Assembly (NCBI GenBank): GCA_031385345.1
Contig: JANNBI010000524.1
Span: 1 to 40,785 of the forward strand
Reading direction: 5' to 3'
Length of the DNA stretch: 40,785 nucleotides
Source: Paracoccaceae bacterium
Lineage (GTDB): Bacteria; Pseudomonadota; Alphaproteobacteria; Rhodobacterales; Rhodobacteraceae
Each line of letters starts with the position of its first letter. Within the stretch, counting starts at the first letter, position 1. The notes below the pieces were generated by a model that made no database searches, had not been told where the DNA came from, and was given only the letters and a program-made list of their open reading frames with translations. Below, piece after piece: positions 8,775 through 17,782 of the stretch. The position numbers were made by a program, and so were the translations under genes.

Positions 8775-10088
8775 CTATTTCGCAATATTCTCGTCGCGCA
8801 CGAACATGTTGCCCCAGGCGCGGTCGATCAATTCGGGTGTCATCTGATAGGCGATGCCTTCGAAATCGCAGATCGAGATCATCTGGTCGATCAGGAACAC
8901 CGGCTGATAATTGGCGAAATTGTTGTTGATGGTCGGGTACTTGACCTTCAGCATATAAATCAGCGCCTCTTCGTTCAGGGGCATCTGTTTCTTGCGGGCC
9001 ACCATCGCGAAAATCTTCAGAAAGTTTTCCTGGTTCGGGCCATCGACCTTGATTTTGAAGAAGATCCGCCTCAGGGCCGCGCCGTCGAAAATCTCGTTCG
9101 GGTGGAAGTTGGTGGAAAAGATCACCAGCGTGTCGAACGGCACAGTGAATTTCTCGCCCGATTGCAGGGCGAGGATGTCGCGGGATTCTTCCAGCGGCAC
9201 GATCCAGCGGTTGACCAGCTTTTGCGGCGGTTCGGATTGGCGGCCAAGGTCGTCAACGATGAAAATTCCGCCCGAGGATTTCAGCTGCAACGGCGCCTGA
9301 TAAGTGCGCGCGACCGGGTTGTATTTCAGGTCCAGCATGTCCAGCGTCAATTCGCCCCCGGTGATCACCGCCGGGCGGTCGCAATAGACATAGCGGTTAT
9401 CGTACCGGTTGCCAGACCGGCGGATGGCATTGGGGTCTTCGACCTGTTCCTGCGCGGCGGAATGCACGATCGGGTCATAAACCGAGATCACCTGACCGGA
9501 ATATTCAATGGCGCGCGGCACATAGATCTTGTCACCCAAGGCGGCGCGGATGCCGTTGGAAATACTGGACTTTCCATTGCCAGGCGGGCCGTACATCAGG
9601 ATCGACCTGCCGGACGTAACCGCCGGGCCAAGGTTGCCGATCAGGTCGGGCGGTAGGATCAGATGGCCCATGCCGCGCATCAGCTCCTCTCGCGTCATTT
9701 TCATGTTGCGCACCGACTGGCGCTTCATCTGCTGGGCGTAGTGATCCATCGGCACTGGCACCGCGCCGTAATATTCCGACTGCGACAGGGCATCCAGCGC
9801 GCGGGATTTTCCCAGATCGGTCAGCTGGTAGCCCATCTCGTTGCCCGAGGTGGCGTGCAGAGTACCGGTGGCTTCCAGCATGCGTTGGGTGCGGGCCAGA
9901 TCGACCAGTTCCTGCGTCAGCTGGACCGGCAGGCAGATGGATTTCGACAAAGACGACACCAGATCCTGATTGGTGCGGAACATGGTTTTCAGCAGGATGT
10001 CACGCAGCATAACGGTGTTGATGCCGACCTCTGCCAAAGAGCGCGGCATGGGCGGGGGCGTGACGCCCAGATTTGCTTGCATGTTCAT
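8775..10088 (-). CDS. AAA+ ATPase of unknown function with an N-terminal non-ATPase domain of about 150 aa
   Basis: Track ORF 8775..10100 starts at GTG. ATG 10088 lies 8 nt after AGGTGG. Walker A is MYGPPGNGKSS, Walker B is GGIFIVDDLG, sensor-1-like is VIFSTN, followed by GAALRRI. Confidence 0.8.
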   Translation of the reverse strand: MNMQANLGVTPPPMPRSLAEVGINTVMLRDILLKTMFRTNQDLVSSLSKSICLPVQLTQELVDLARTQRMLEATGTLHATSGNEMGYQLTDLGKSRALDALSQSEYYGAVPVPMDHYAQQMKRQSVRNMKMTREELMRGMGHLILPPDLIGNLGPAVTSGRSILMYGPPGNGKSSISNGIRAALGDKIYVPRAIEYSGQVISVYDPIVHSAAQEQVEDPNAIRRSGNRYDNRYVYCDRPAVITGGELTLDMLDLKYNPVARTYQAPLQLKSSGGIFIVDDLGRQSEPPQKLVNRWIVPLEESRDILALQSGEKFTVPFDTLVIFSTNFHPNEIFDGAALRRIFFKIKVDGPNQENFLKIFAMVARKKQMPLNEEALIYMLKVKYPTINNNFANYQPVFLIDQMISICDFEGIAYQMTPELIDRAWGNMFVRDENIAK

Positions 10089-10154
10089 TTCGGATCCCAC
10101 CTAGAACGAGCCGTCGCAGCGCGGATGCGCGACGGGCATTTCAGGCAGGATGCC

Positions 10155-10658
10155 TTAGAAAACTGGCAGGAATTGGGCGAAAAGATAAAAGATCAATGTT
10201 CCGGCCAGCGCCAGACCCATCGGGAAATCCTTGTTGGTCCAAGAGGCCCAATCGGATGTGGCGGCGCGAAAGGCCGGGATGGCGCGGGCCAGACGGTGCG
10301 CGGCAAAGGCCCCCAGCAGGCAGGCGGCATAAAGCGCTGCGATCAGCCGCAGATTGCCGCCGATGAAGAACGGCGCCATGGCGGCGGCGAATTTCGCATC
10401 CCCCGCCCCGACAAGTCCCGCTGCATTGGCGATGAAGCCGACGGCCAGCACCACGGCCGCCAGCGCCCAGCCAAAGGCCCAAGCCTTGAACGGCAGCGGT
10501 GTCAGAAGCACGGCCAAAAGCCCGACGACCAGCCAGACCGCCAACAGGGCCATGACGGCCTTGTTGGGGATCTTCATGAATTTCATGTCGGACCACGATA
10601 CCCAGATGCCGATGGCCAGCACGAAGGGCAAAAACATCAGAAGGGTGGAATTGGCCAA
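10155..10658 (-). CDS. cpaA: Prepilin peptidase, A24 family (CpaA/TadV)
   Basis: 167 aa polytopic membrane protein. The two catalytic Asp contexts are WSDMKFMKIPN and LVGAGDAKF. Confidence 0.85.
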   Translation of the reverse strand: MANSTLLMFLPFVLAIGIWVSWSDMKFMKIPNKAVMALLAVWLVVGLLAVLLTPLPFKAWAFGWALAAVVLAVGFIANAAGLVGAGDAKFAAAMAPFFIGGNLRLIAALYAACLLGAFAAHRLARAIPAFRAATSDWASWTNKDFPMGLALAGTLIFYLFAQFLPVF

Positions 10659-10660
10659 GC

Positions 10661-11503
10661 TTAACCCTCCAGCGCCGCAAGGCTGCGGGCGGCAGCTTCG
10701 AAATATTGCGGGTGGGTGTCGATGGATTCCTGCAACAGCCGCTTGCCGACCGAGGTGTCACCCTTTTTGATCGCCGCCAGCGCCATGGTGTACAGCAGTT
10801 CCGCCCGTTCGGTCTGGGTCATATCCACCACGGGCAATTCGTATTTGCCTTGGGTGGCGCGGGCCAGAACAAGGTTGTTCTTGGCGGTGAACATGCCGGA
10901 ATCATAGGTCAGCGCCTCGATGAACAGCTTTTCGGCGCCCTTGGCGTCGCCGCGCGTCAGTTTGGAGAAGCCCCAGTTGTTCAGCACCCCGGCGGGTTTG
11001 GTGGTCAGCCCGACCGCGATTTCATAAAAGCTGTCCGACTTGCCCCAGTCCTTGTTGCTGTCGGCAACCATCGCTTCAAGACGGTAGCGTTCAAAGGTCT
11101 CAAAGGTCGGCGGGATCAGGTTCAACTCGGCCGTGGCCCCGGCCCAATCATTGCTGCGGATCAGCGCATCGGCCAACGCCACGCGGTCATTGTTGGTGCC
11201 TTCGGGCGAGGCGAGGACTTGGCGCCAGACCGAAACGCCTTCGGTGGTCTTGCCCGCGCGGATCAGCGACTTGGCCAAACCGCGTTTCAGATCAATACGT
11301 TCGGGGTTTTGCTGCGAGGCACCGGCGAAATAGGCCACGGCCTCTTCGGGGTCGCCCACGGTCAGCATCAGGTCGTTCAGGTTGCTTTCGTCAATGACGT
11401 TCACATCCTTCAACGCCTCTTGCACCTGCTGGTCGCTGCCGCCACAGGCGGAAAGCACAAGGCTGCCCAAAAGGGCGGTTGTCAACATAAGGGAGTGGCG
11501 CAT
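10661..11503 (-). CDS. TPR-repeat lipoprotein (TadD-like)
   Basis: 280 aa with lipobox LVLSAC and repeated TPR-like helices. It stops 2 nt before the cpaA start. Confidence 0.8.
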   Translation of the reverse strand: MRHSLMLTTALLGSLVLSACGGSDQQVQEALKDVNVIDESNLNDLMLTVGDPEEAVAYFAGASQQNPERIDLKRGLAKSLIRAGKTTEGVSVWRQVLASPEGTNNDRVALADALIRSNDWAGATAELNLIPPTFETFERYRLEAMVADSNKDWGKSDSFYEIAVGLTTKPAGVLNNWGFSKLTRGDAKGAEKLFIEALTYDSGMFTAKNNLVLARATQGKYELPVVDMTQTERAELLYTMALAAIKKGDTSVGKRLLQESIDTHPQYFEAAARSLAALEG

Positions 11504-11543
11504 GTGCCGGTCCTGACTGATCTGCCTGTTGCGACCGGTTGTC

Positions 11544-12125
11544 CTAAAGTTCGGTCAGAAGGACGGACTGACCGTCATCTTCGCGCAACAATTGATACAC
11601 CGGTTCTTGGTCTTGCTCGGGGTCACCATAGACCGGGGCTTCCAGCAGCGCGATAGCCAGTTGCAGATTTTCACGGATGGAGTCCGTTTGGCCACTGTCC
11701 AAGGCGAAAGCTTGCTGAAAGACCAGCTTGGCCTCGCCGTATTTGCCTTGTTCCATCAGCACGACGCCCAGATTGTTCAACGCGGGCACAAATTCGGGTT
11801 CGATTTCCAAGGCGCGGCGCAGCACCTGTTCGGCCTGACCCAGACGTTCCAGCTTCAGATTGGCCGAGCCGATTGCCGACAGCACATCGGCGTTGATCCC
11901 CTGTTCCGAGGCGGCGCGCAGATAGGCCTTCAGGGCCAGTTCGTATTCCCCCGCCGCCATCATCCGGTGGCCGACGGTCAGCCCATCCTGAGCGGCGCGG
12001 CGGCCATCGGCGGCGGGCGGGGCATTGTCGGGATTGGACAGGCCAGATGCGCCAAATCCGCCTGTGGATTCACAGGCGGACAAGGGCCCCAAACACAGGC
12101 CAAGGCAAAGAAGTCTGGACAGCAC
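11544..12125 (-). CDS. TPR-repeat lipoprotein (TadD-like)
   Basis: 193 aa with lipobox GPLSAC and TPR-like repeats (ALKAYLRAASE..., AEQVLRRALEIEPEF..., AKLVFQQAFALD). Confidence 0.8.
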   Translation of the reverse strand: MLSRLLCLGLCLGPLSACESTGGFGASGLSNPDNAPPAADGRRAAQDGLTVGHRMMAAGEYELALKAYLRAASEQGINADVLSAIGSANLKLERLGQAEQVLRRALEIEPEFVPALNNLGVVLMEQGKYGEAKLVFQQAFALDSGQTDSIRENLQLAIALLEAPVYGDPEQDQEPVYQLLREDDGQSVLLTEL

Positions 12126-12132
12126 CTAGGGC

Positions 12133-13116
12133 TTAGCCCCCTCCACCAAGATTCTGCACCACACCGTAGATCGACGGCCCGATCAAAATGATCAGCAAAG
12201 GCGGTAGCGTGAACAGCATAGTGCCCAAGGTCAGCTTGGTCGGCAAGGTGTTTGCCTTTTCTTCGGCCCGCATCACCCGTTTGTCGCGCATTTCGGCGGA
12301 ATAGACCCGCAAGGCATCGGCAATCGAGGTGCCGTAGGTGGCCGATTGCACCAAGGTTGTCACGAAAGACGACACATCCGAGATGCCGACGCGTTCGGAC
12401 ATGTCTTTCAGCACCTGCGCGCGTTCCTTGCCGGCCTTGACCTCTTGCGCGACCATATCGAATTCATCGGCCAGCGCGGGATAGCCGGCGCGGGCTTCTT
12501 TGGCGACGCGGTTGATCGACTGGTCCAGCGATTGCCCGGCCTCGACGCAGACCAGCATCAGGTCCAAGGCGTCAGGAAAGCCTGCCACAATCTCGGCCTG
12601 ACGGGCCTGAAGGCGGCGCTGCACCCAGTATTGCGGCAGGTAATAGCCTGCAGCGCCGGGACCGACCGTGACCATGATCAGGAATTGGGTCGAAACCTCT
12701 TGGGTGGCGGACATGACGAAGGCGTAAAACACACCAAGGGCCAGAAATCCCAGACCAAAGGCAAATTGGGCAAAGTGGAACATCCGCACCGCGTTCTTCG
12801 CGGAATAGCCGGCACGCAGCAGTTTCAGCCGCGCAGCCGACATGGATTCCACGTCCTGCGGTTCCAGGAAATGGGCGTATTTTTCCAGCTTGTCGTTCTT
12901 TTCACCGCGCCGCAACGCCGCGGGCAGGATCGAATCCTTTTCCGAGGTTTTCTGCCGCAGAGCTTTGACCTTGTCGAACGGTTCGGCCTTTTTCTTCAAC
13001 AGCGTTGGCAAGACCAACACGATCATTAGCAAGCCCAGGAACCCAAGCACAAAAAGCGGGCCCAATGGTCCCAGTTTCTGCACAAGAAGGGCGTTGAGAG
13101 AGGTAAGCATTTCCAT
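12133..13116 (-). CDS. tadC: Tad pilus inner-membrane platform protein TadC (T2SS-F family)
   Basis: 327 aa. T2SSF-type domain, TM segments, and position after tadB. Confidence 0.9.
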   Translation of the reverse strand: MEMLTSLNALLVQKLGPLGPLFVLGFLGLLMIVLVLPTLLKKKAEPFDKVKALRQKTSEKDSILPAALRRGEKNDKLEKYAHFLEPQDVESMSAARLKLLRAGYSAKNAVRMFHFAQFAFGLGFLALGVFYAFVMSATQEVSTQFLIMVTVGPGAAGYYLPQYWVQRRLQARQAEIVAGFPDALDLMLVCVEAGQSLDQSINRVAKEARAGYPALADEFDMVAQEVKAGKERAQVLKDMSERVGISDVSSFVTTLVQSATYGTSIADALRVYSAEMRDKRVMRAEEKANTLPTKLTLGTMLFTLPPLLIILIGPSIYGVVQNLGGGG

Positions 13117-13127
13117 GGTTCCGCATC

Positions 13128-14096
13128 CTATACTTTGATGTTGACCATCATTTTCATGAAAATCACGTTGATCACCAGGAAGGCCGCAACAATCAGCGCC
13201 GCCGGAATGAAGGCGGGGGTTTCTTTGACCGCGTCAAAGTAAGTTGGCTGCACCAGCATGATCATGACCAGTGCGCCGATCGGGAAGGCCGACAGGAACA
13301 TGCCGGACCATTTCGCCTCGGCGGTGATGGCCTTGACGCGGCGGAACAGTTTGAACCGGGCGCGGATCACCTTGGACAGACCTTCGAGGATCTCGGCCAG
13401 ATTGCCGCCCGAGGTTTGCTGAATGGTCACGGCCACCGCCAGAAAGCGCAAATCCTGGCTATCGACACGTTCGGCAAAGGCTTTCAGGCTTTCGGCCACG
13501 TCGCGGCCATAGGCGGCCTCGTCCGCGATCATGCCAAATTCCGACCCCAAAGGATCCGGCACTTCCTTGGACACAATGCCAATAGAGGCGGAAAACGGAT
13601 GGCCGACGCGCAGGGACCGCACCATCAATTCCACCGCGTCCGGAAGCTGTTCGTTCAGCATTTCCATCCGCTTTTTGGCCTTTTTGTTGATCCACATATA
13701 GACCCCGCCGATGCCCATGCCGATGGCCAGCACGATGCGCACCGGGGTCGGCGCCGAGGTGCCGATGGTCAGGCCCAGATAGGCAAAGATGCAGACCCCG
13801 ACCATGATCATCAGCAATTGCTGCGGCGAAAAGGCGATATTGGCCTTTTGCGCCTTGGTGGCCAGGATCGAATACAGGGGAATGCCGCGCGCATTCATGT
13901 GCTGGCCCATTTCCTTACGGAGTTGTTCCAGAACGGCCTCGCGGCTGTGGTTTTTTTCCAGCAGGGCCAAACGGCGGCTCATCCGGTTGTTCAGACTGAT
14001 CGACTTGCCAAAGATGGTCAGGTACAGGCCCTCGACCAGCGCGATGACGGCGACGAAGATCAGGATATAGATCAGCGGTGCGGCAGAGATTTGCAT
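13128..14096 (-). CDS. tadB: Tad pilus inner-membrane platform protein TadB (T2SS-F family)
   Basis: 322 aa. T2SSF-type domain, and position after cpaF. Confidence 0.9.
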   Translation of the reverse strand: MQISAAPLIYILIFVAVIALVEGLYLTIFGKSISLNNRMSRRLALLEKNHSREAVLEQLRKEMGQHMNARGIPLYSILATKAQKANIAFSPQQLLMIMVGVCIFAYLGLTIGTSAPTPVRIVLAIGMGIGGVYMWINKKAKKRMEMLNEQLPDAVELMVRSLRVGHPFSASIGIVSKEVPDPLGSEFGMIADEAAYGRDVAESLKAFAERVDSQDLRFLAVAVTIQQTSGGNLAEILEGLSKVIRARFKLFRRVKAITAEAKWSGMFLSAFPIGALVMIMLVQPTYFDAVKETPAFIPAALIVAAFLVINVIFMKMMVNIKV

Positions 14097-14105
14097 GGCG
14101 GCCCC

Positions 14106-15554
14106 TTAGGCAATCGGTTCGTAGATGGAGGCGGGCAGATCAAAGCCCCACTGGCGGAAGCGTTCGGAATAATAGGACCGCACGCCGGTGGCATTGAACC
14201 GGCCGATGATCTTGCCATTGGGTTCGACCCCAAGGCGTTCGTAACGGAACACTTCCTGCATCGAGATCACCTCGCCCTCCATGCCGGTGATTTCGGTGAT
14301 GGACACCATCCGGCGCGAGCCGTCTTGCAGACGCGAGGCCTGCACGATCAGGTTCACAGCCGAAGAGATCTGGCTGCGCACGGCCTTCAGCGGCATCTCG
14401 ATACCGGCCATAGCGACCATGTTTTCCAGACGCGAAATACCGTCGCGCGGGTTGTTGGCGTGGATCGTGGTCATGGATCCGTCGTGGCCGGTGTTCATGG
14501 CCTGCAACATGTCGATAACTTCCTCGCCGCGGGTTTCGCCCACGATGATCCGGTCCGGGCGCATCCGCAGCGCGTTGCGCAGACAGTCGCGCTGGGTGAC
14601 GGCACCCTTGCCTTCGACGTTCGGCGGGCGGCTTTCCATTCGGCCCACATGGACCTGTTGCAGCTGCAATTCGGCGGTGTCTTCGATGGTCAGCACGCGT
14701 TCATCGTCGTCGATAAAGGACGACAGGGCGTTCAGCGTGGTGGTCTTGCCCGAGCCTGTACCGCCCGACACGATGATGTTCAGACGGCAGGACACGGCGG
14801 CCTGAAGATACAGCGCCATCTCGTCGGTAAAGGCGCCGAATTTCACCAGATCGTTGATGCCAAGCTTTTCCTTCTTGAATTTCCGAATGGAAACAAGGCT
14901 GCCGTCCACCGCCACCGGCGGCACCATGCAGTTGAAACGGCTGCCATCGGCCAGACGTGCGTCGCAATAGGGGTTCGATTCATCGACCCGGCGACCCACG
15001 GCGGACACGATCTTGTCGATGATGCGCAGCAGGTGGCGTTCGTCCTTGAAGGTGATGTCGGTCAAGGTCAGCTTGCCGCCACGTTCCACAAAAATGCGGT
15101 TCGGGCCGTTGACCAGAATGTCGTTGATGGTTTCATCTTTCAACAAGGGTTCCAGCGGGCCAAGGCCCATCACCTCGTCGTAGAGTTCCTGAAACAGCTG
15201 GGCGCGGTCCTCGCGGTTGAGGTTGGCCGACATCTCGTCCAGGGCTTCGGTCGAGATTGCGGCAATCTCGGCCTTCAGATTGGCCTCGGTCGCGGTTTCA
15301 AGCGCGGCAAGGTTCAGGTTGTCCAAAAGACGTTTGTGCAACTCGCCCTTCAACTCGCCAATGCGGGCCTTGCGCTTTTGCTCTTTGTCGGCAGCGGCGG
15401 CTTCGGCAGGGGGGCGGGGCGGTGGCGCAGAGGGGCGCAGGGAATTGGCGGGTTTGGGGCTGACCGAAGTCCCAGAGGCCGCGACATGCGCCACAGGGGC
15501 CAATTTCTGGCCCGGCACAGCAGTTTCTGGTTTCTTGAAACGTGAAAACATCAT
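14106..15554 (-). CDS. cpaF: Tad pilus secretion ATPase CpaF/TadA
   Basis: 482 aa. Walker A is [16 protein letters not shown], followed by GETRGEE and [15 protein letters not shown] motifs. Confidence 0.95.
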   Translation of the reverse strand: MMFSRFKKPETAVPGQKLAPVAHVAASGTSVSPKPANSLRPSAPPPRPPAEAAAADKEQKRKARIGELKGELHKRLLDNLNLAALETATEANLKAEIAAISTEALDEMSANLNREDRAQLFQELYDEVMGLGPLEPLLKDETINDILVNGPNRIFVERGGKLTLTDITFKDERHLLRIIDKIVSAVGRRVDESNPYCDARLADGSRFNCMVPPVAVDGSLVSIRKFKKEKLGINDLVKFGAFTDEMALYLQAAVSCRLNIIVSGGTGSGKTTTLNALSSFIDDDERVLTIEDTAELQLQQVHVGRMESRPPNVEGKGAVTQRDCLRNALRMRPDRIIVGETRGEEVIDMLQAMNTGHDGSMTTIHANNPRDGISRLENMVAMAGIEMPLKAVRSQISSAVNLIVQASRLQDGSRRMVSITEITGMEGEVISMQEVFRYERLGVEPNGKIIGRFNATGVRSYYSERFRQWGFDLPASIYEPIA

Positions 15555-15576
15555 TTCCCCCGGGGATAATCAGGAC

Positions 15577-16866
15577 TTAGCGCTTGGCGGCTTCGGCGGC
15601 CTTGTTCAGGTCGTAAAGCGACTTGGCCAGCTTTTGCAGTTCTTTACGCAGCGGATTCTTGGCCGCTTGTTCGGCCATCGGCAGGCCGTGATCGTTGGCT
15701 TGGGTCACCTGGTCGCCGCCATCGGGCAAAGACACCTCGATCGCGATGTCCAAAGATTCGGCCATGCGTTTGACCCGGCCCTTGGCTGCCAGATCGGTAA
15801 AGCGCGGGGCGCGGTTCAACACGAAGCGCAGTTTTTCATGCGGCAGCGCTTCGGCCTTCAGGGCGCGCACAAGCCGCAAGACATTCTGGGCCGAACGCAG
15901 ATCCAGTTCGATCAGCGCGAAATACACATGGGCGCGGGTCAGGACGGTTTCGGTCCAGGCCACGATGGTTTTGGGCATGTCGATAACGACATAATCGAAA
16001 TTCGCCCGGGCCATGTCGATGATCCGGCCGATATCTTCGGGGGTCACGATGTCCAGCGGCAGCATATCCGAGGGCGCGGTCAGCACATGCAGTTTGTCGT
16101 TGAAGGTCAGCATGGCCTGCAACAACTGATCGCTGTCGGAATTGGCGGTGTCGGACAGAAGTTCGAATACGCCTTCTTTGCGCGGCAGATCCAGATAGGT
16201 CGCCGCCGAGCCATATTGCAGGTCCAGATCCAGCAGACAAACGCGCGGGGCGTCTTTGTCTTTGGCGACGGTTGCCAGTTCCCAGGCCAGATTTGCGGCG
16301 AAGGTTGACGCGCCAACCCCGCCAGCAAGGCCGTGGACCGGCAACACAACGCCGTCGCGGTCGCCTTTGGCTTTGAATTTCGGGGTTTGCACGGCCAGAT
16401 CGGGGTCCGGCTCTGCCGGGGCGTTGGCGACCACGGGGGCGGCCAGCGGTTCGGCAGAGGGGGCCTTGGCACGGGCAATCGCCTCGTGCAGGGCGCGGGC
16501 GGGCAGGGGATAGGGCACGAAATCATCCGCCCCCAAGCGCAGGAGCTGGTGCAGCGCCATCGGGCTGATCTGATCGGCAATCAGGATGACCTTGATCGCC
16601 TGCTTCTTGGCCAAGGCCACGATTTCGGTGATCAGGGGAAGATCGGCCTCATCCTCGGCATTGACGGCGATGGCGACGAATTTCAGCGCGGCGGCTTCGG
16701 GTTGGCTTAGGAAATCCTGCGCATCCTCAAAGGTCAGATCGCCCCAGGATTCGCCCATCTCCAGTTCCATGTCGTCGATCAACACGTCGAAATTCTGCAC
16801 ATCGCGTGAAATCGTACACGCCAAGATCGGCGCGGGTTCGGGCTGAAGATTTGCAACACTCGTCAT
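15577..16866 (-). CDS. cpaE: CpaE/TadZ: pseudo-receiver N-domain plus ParA/MinD-like ATPase
   Basis: 429 aa. Deviant Walker A is HGLAGGVGASTFAANLA. SD GGAAGGA precedes the ATG. Confidence 0.85.
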   Translation of the reverse strand: MTSVANLQPEPAPILACTISRDVQNFDVLIDDMELEMGESWGDLTFEDAQDFLSQPEAAALKFVAIAVNAEDEADLPLITEIVALAKKQAIKVILIADQISPMALHQLLRLGADDFVPYPLPARALHEAIARAKAPSAEPLAAPVVANAPAEPDPDLAVQTPKFKAKGDRDGVVLPVHGLAGGVGASTFAANLAWELATVAKDKDAPRVCLLDLDLQYGSAATYLDLPRKEGVFELLSDTANSDSDQLLQAMLTFNDKLHVLTAPSDMLPLDIVTPEDIGRIIDMARANFDYVVIDMPKTIVAWTETVLTRAHVYFALIELDLRSAQNVLRLVRALKAEALPHEKLRFVLNRAPRFTDLAAKGRVKRMAESLDIAIEVSLPDGGDQVTQANDHGLPMAEQAAKNPLRKELQKLAKSLYDLNKAAEAAKR

Positions 16867-17046
16867 TGTTCGTTCCTTCCAAGGCTTGGCCCAGATCCCT
16901 GCAACCCGCCTTTTTTGGCGTCACGGCAAGGAACCCCGGATCAATAGAATCCCCGGCATGGTCCCACTTGGCGTCAAGATGCCCGCAGAACTGGGCGAGA
17001 TTGGGGCTAAAAGATCGTCAATCTGCGGTTTTTCTTCAAGAAATGC

Positions 17047-17087
17047 GAAAAAAGGAAACGCGGAAAGCCGGGCTTTCCGCGTTTTTA
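17047..17087 (-). terminator. Rho-independent terminator after the OmpA-like gene, inside the tad locus
   Basis: 14-bp stem AAACGCGGAAAGCC/GGCTTTCCGCGTTT (17056-17084). It is flanked by A-run 17047-17053 (a U-tract on the minus transcript) and T-run 17082-17086. Confidence 0.65.
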
Positions 17088-17112
17088 TCACCAATTGGAC
17101 GCTTTGGGCAGA

Positions 17113-17778
17113 TCAGCCGCCGGTGCCAGCCGGATCGACCTCGGTTTTGACCGCGGTATTGGCCGGATGGATGCGGGTGGCACCTTCGACATATTCGCGG
17201 AACACGACCTCGATATATTTGCCGTTGATCAAAGAGGCGGTGCCACCGACAAAGCCCGTCACTTCGGTCACGGTGCGGCGGTTGGCCTGTTCGGGGCCTT
17301 GGGAATTGACCACCGGCTGGGTTTCGCCAAAGGACGCCACCGCTTCCAGACGAGAGCGCGAAATCCCCTTGGAGGCGAAATAGGACACCACAGCCTGCGC
17401 GCGGCGCAGACCAAGCGATTTGTTATAGGCGTTGGACCCGACCAGATCGGTATGGCCATAGACGCGGAACCGAACCTCGGGGAATTGCGCGATCCAGGTG
17501 GCCTGACGCGACAGGATCGCGGCGGCCTCGGGCGTGATGGTAGAGGTGTTGAACGGGAAGGTGATGGTTGACGGCACCTCGGCGGCGAACCGGCCTTGCA
17601 GGGCGACGGTGGCATCCAATTCGCCCATCATCACCAAAGAGTTGTTCATCGTCGGCGTGCCGAAGGCACCTTCATCAACCTCGGCCCCGGCTTCGTTGTT
17701 GAAGTCGTTCCAAGTGTCGGTGCAGGCCCCAAGGGACAACAGGGACAGGGCGGTGATGGACAGAAGTTTCAGGGTCAT
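17113..17778 (-). CDS. OmpA-family peptidoglycan-binding lipoprotein in the CpaD position
   Basis: 221 aa with lipobox LSLGAC. OmpA_C-like segment: RFRVYGHTDLVGSNAYNKSLGLRRAQAV. Confidence 0.85.
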   Translation of the reverse strand: MTLKLLSITALSLLSLGACTDTWNDFNNEAGAEVDEGAFGTPTMNNSLVMMGELDATVALQGRFAAEVPSTITFPFNTSTITPEAAAILSRQATWIAQFPEVRFRVYGHTDLVGSNAYNKSLGLRRAQAVVSYFASKGISRSRLEAVASFGETQPVVNSQGPEQANRRTVTEVTGFVGGTASLINGKYIEVVFREYVEGATRIHPANTAVKTEVDPAGTGG

Positions 17779-17782
17779 GCCG

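Noticed and set aside
10111-10135. Hairpin CCGTCGC-N11-GCGACGG between cpaA and the AAA+ gene
   Set aside because: It has a short 7-bp stem with a large loop and no U-tract. That is insufficient to call a terminator, so whether the AAA+ gene is co-transcribed with cpaA remains open.
13416-15545. 709-aa plus-strand ORF, the longest on that strand in the region
   Set aside because: It is antisense to tadB and cpaF, both of which have unmistakable family motifs. Its Arg/Gly/His/Asp-rich, low-complexity composition is typical of shadow ORFs in high-GC DNA.
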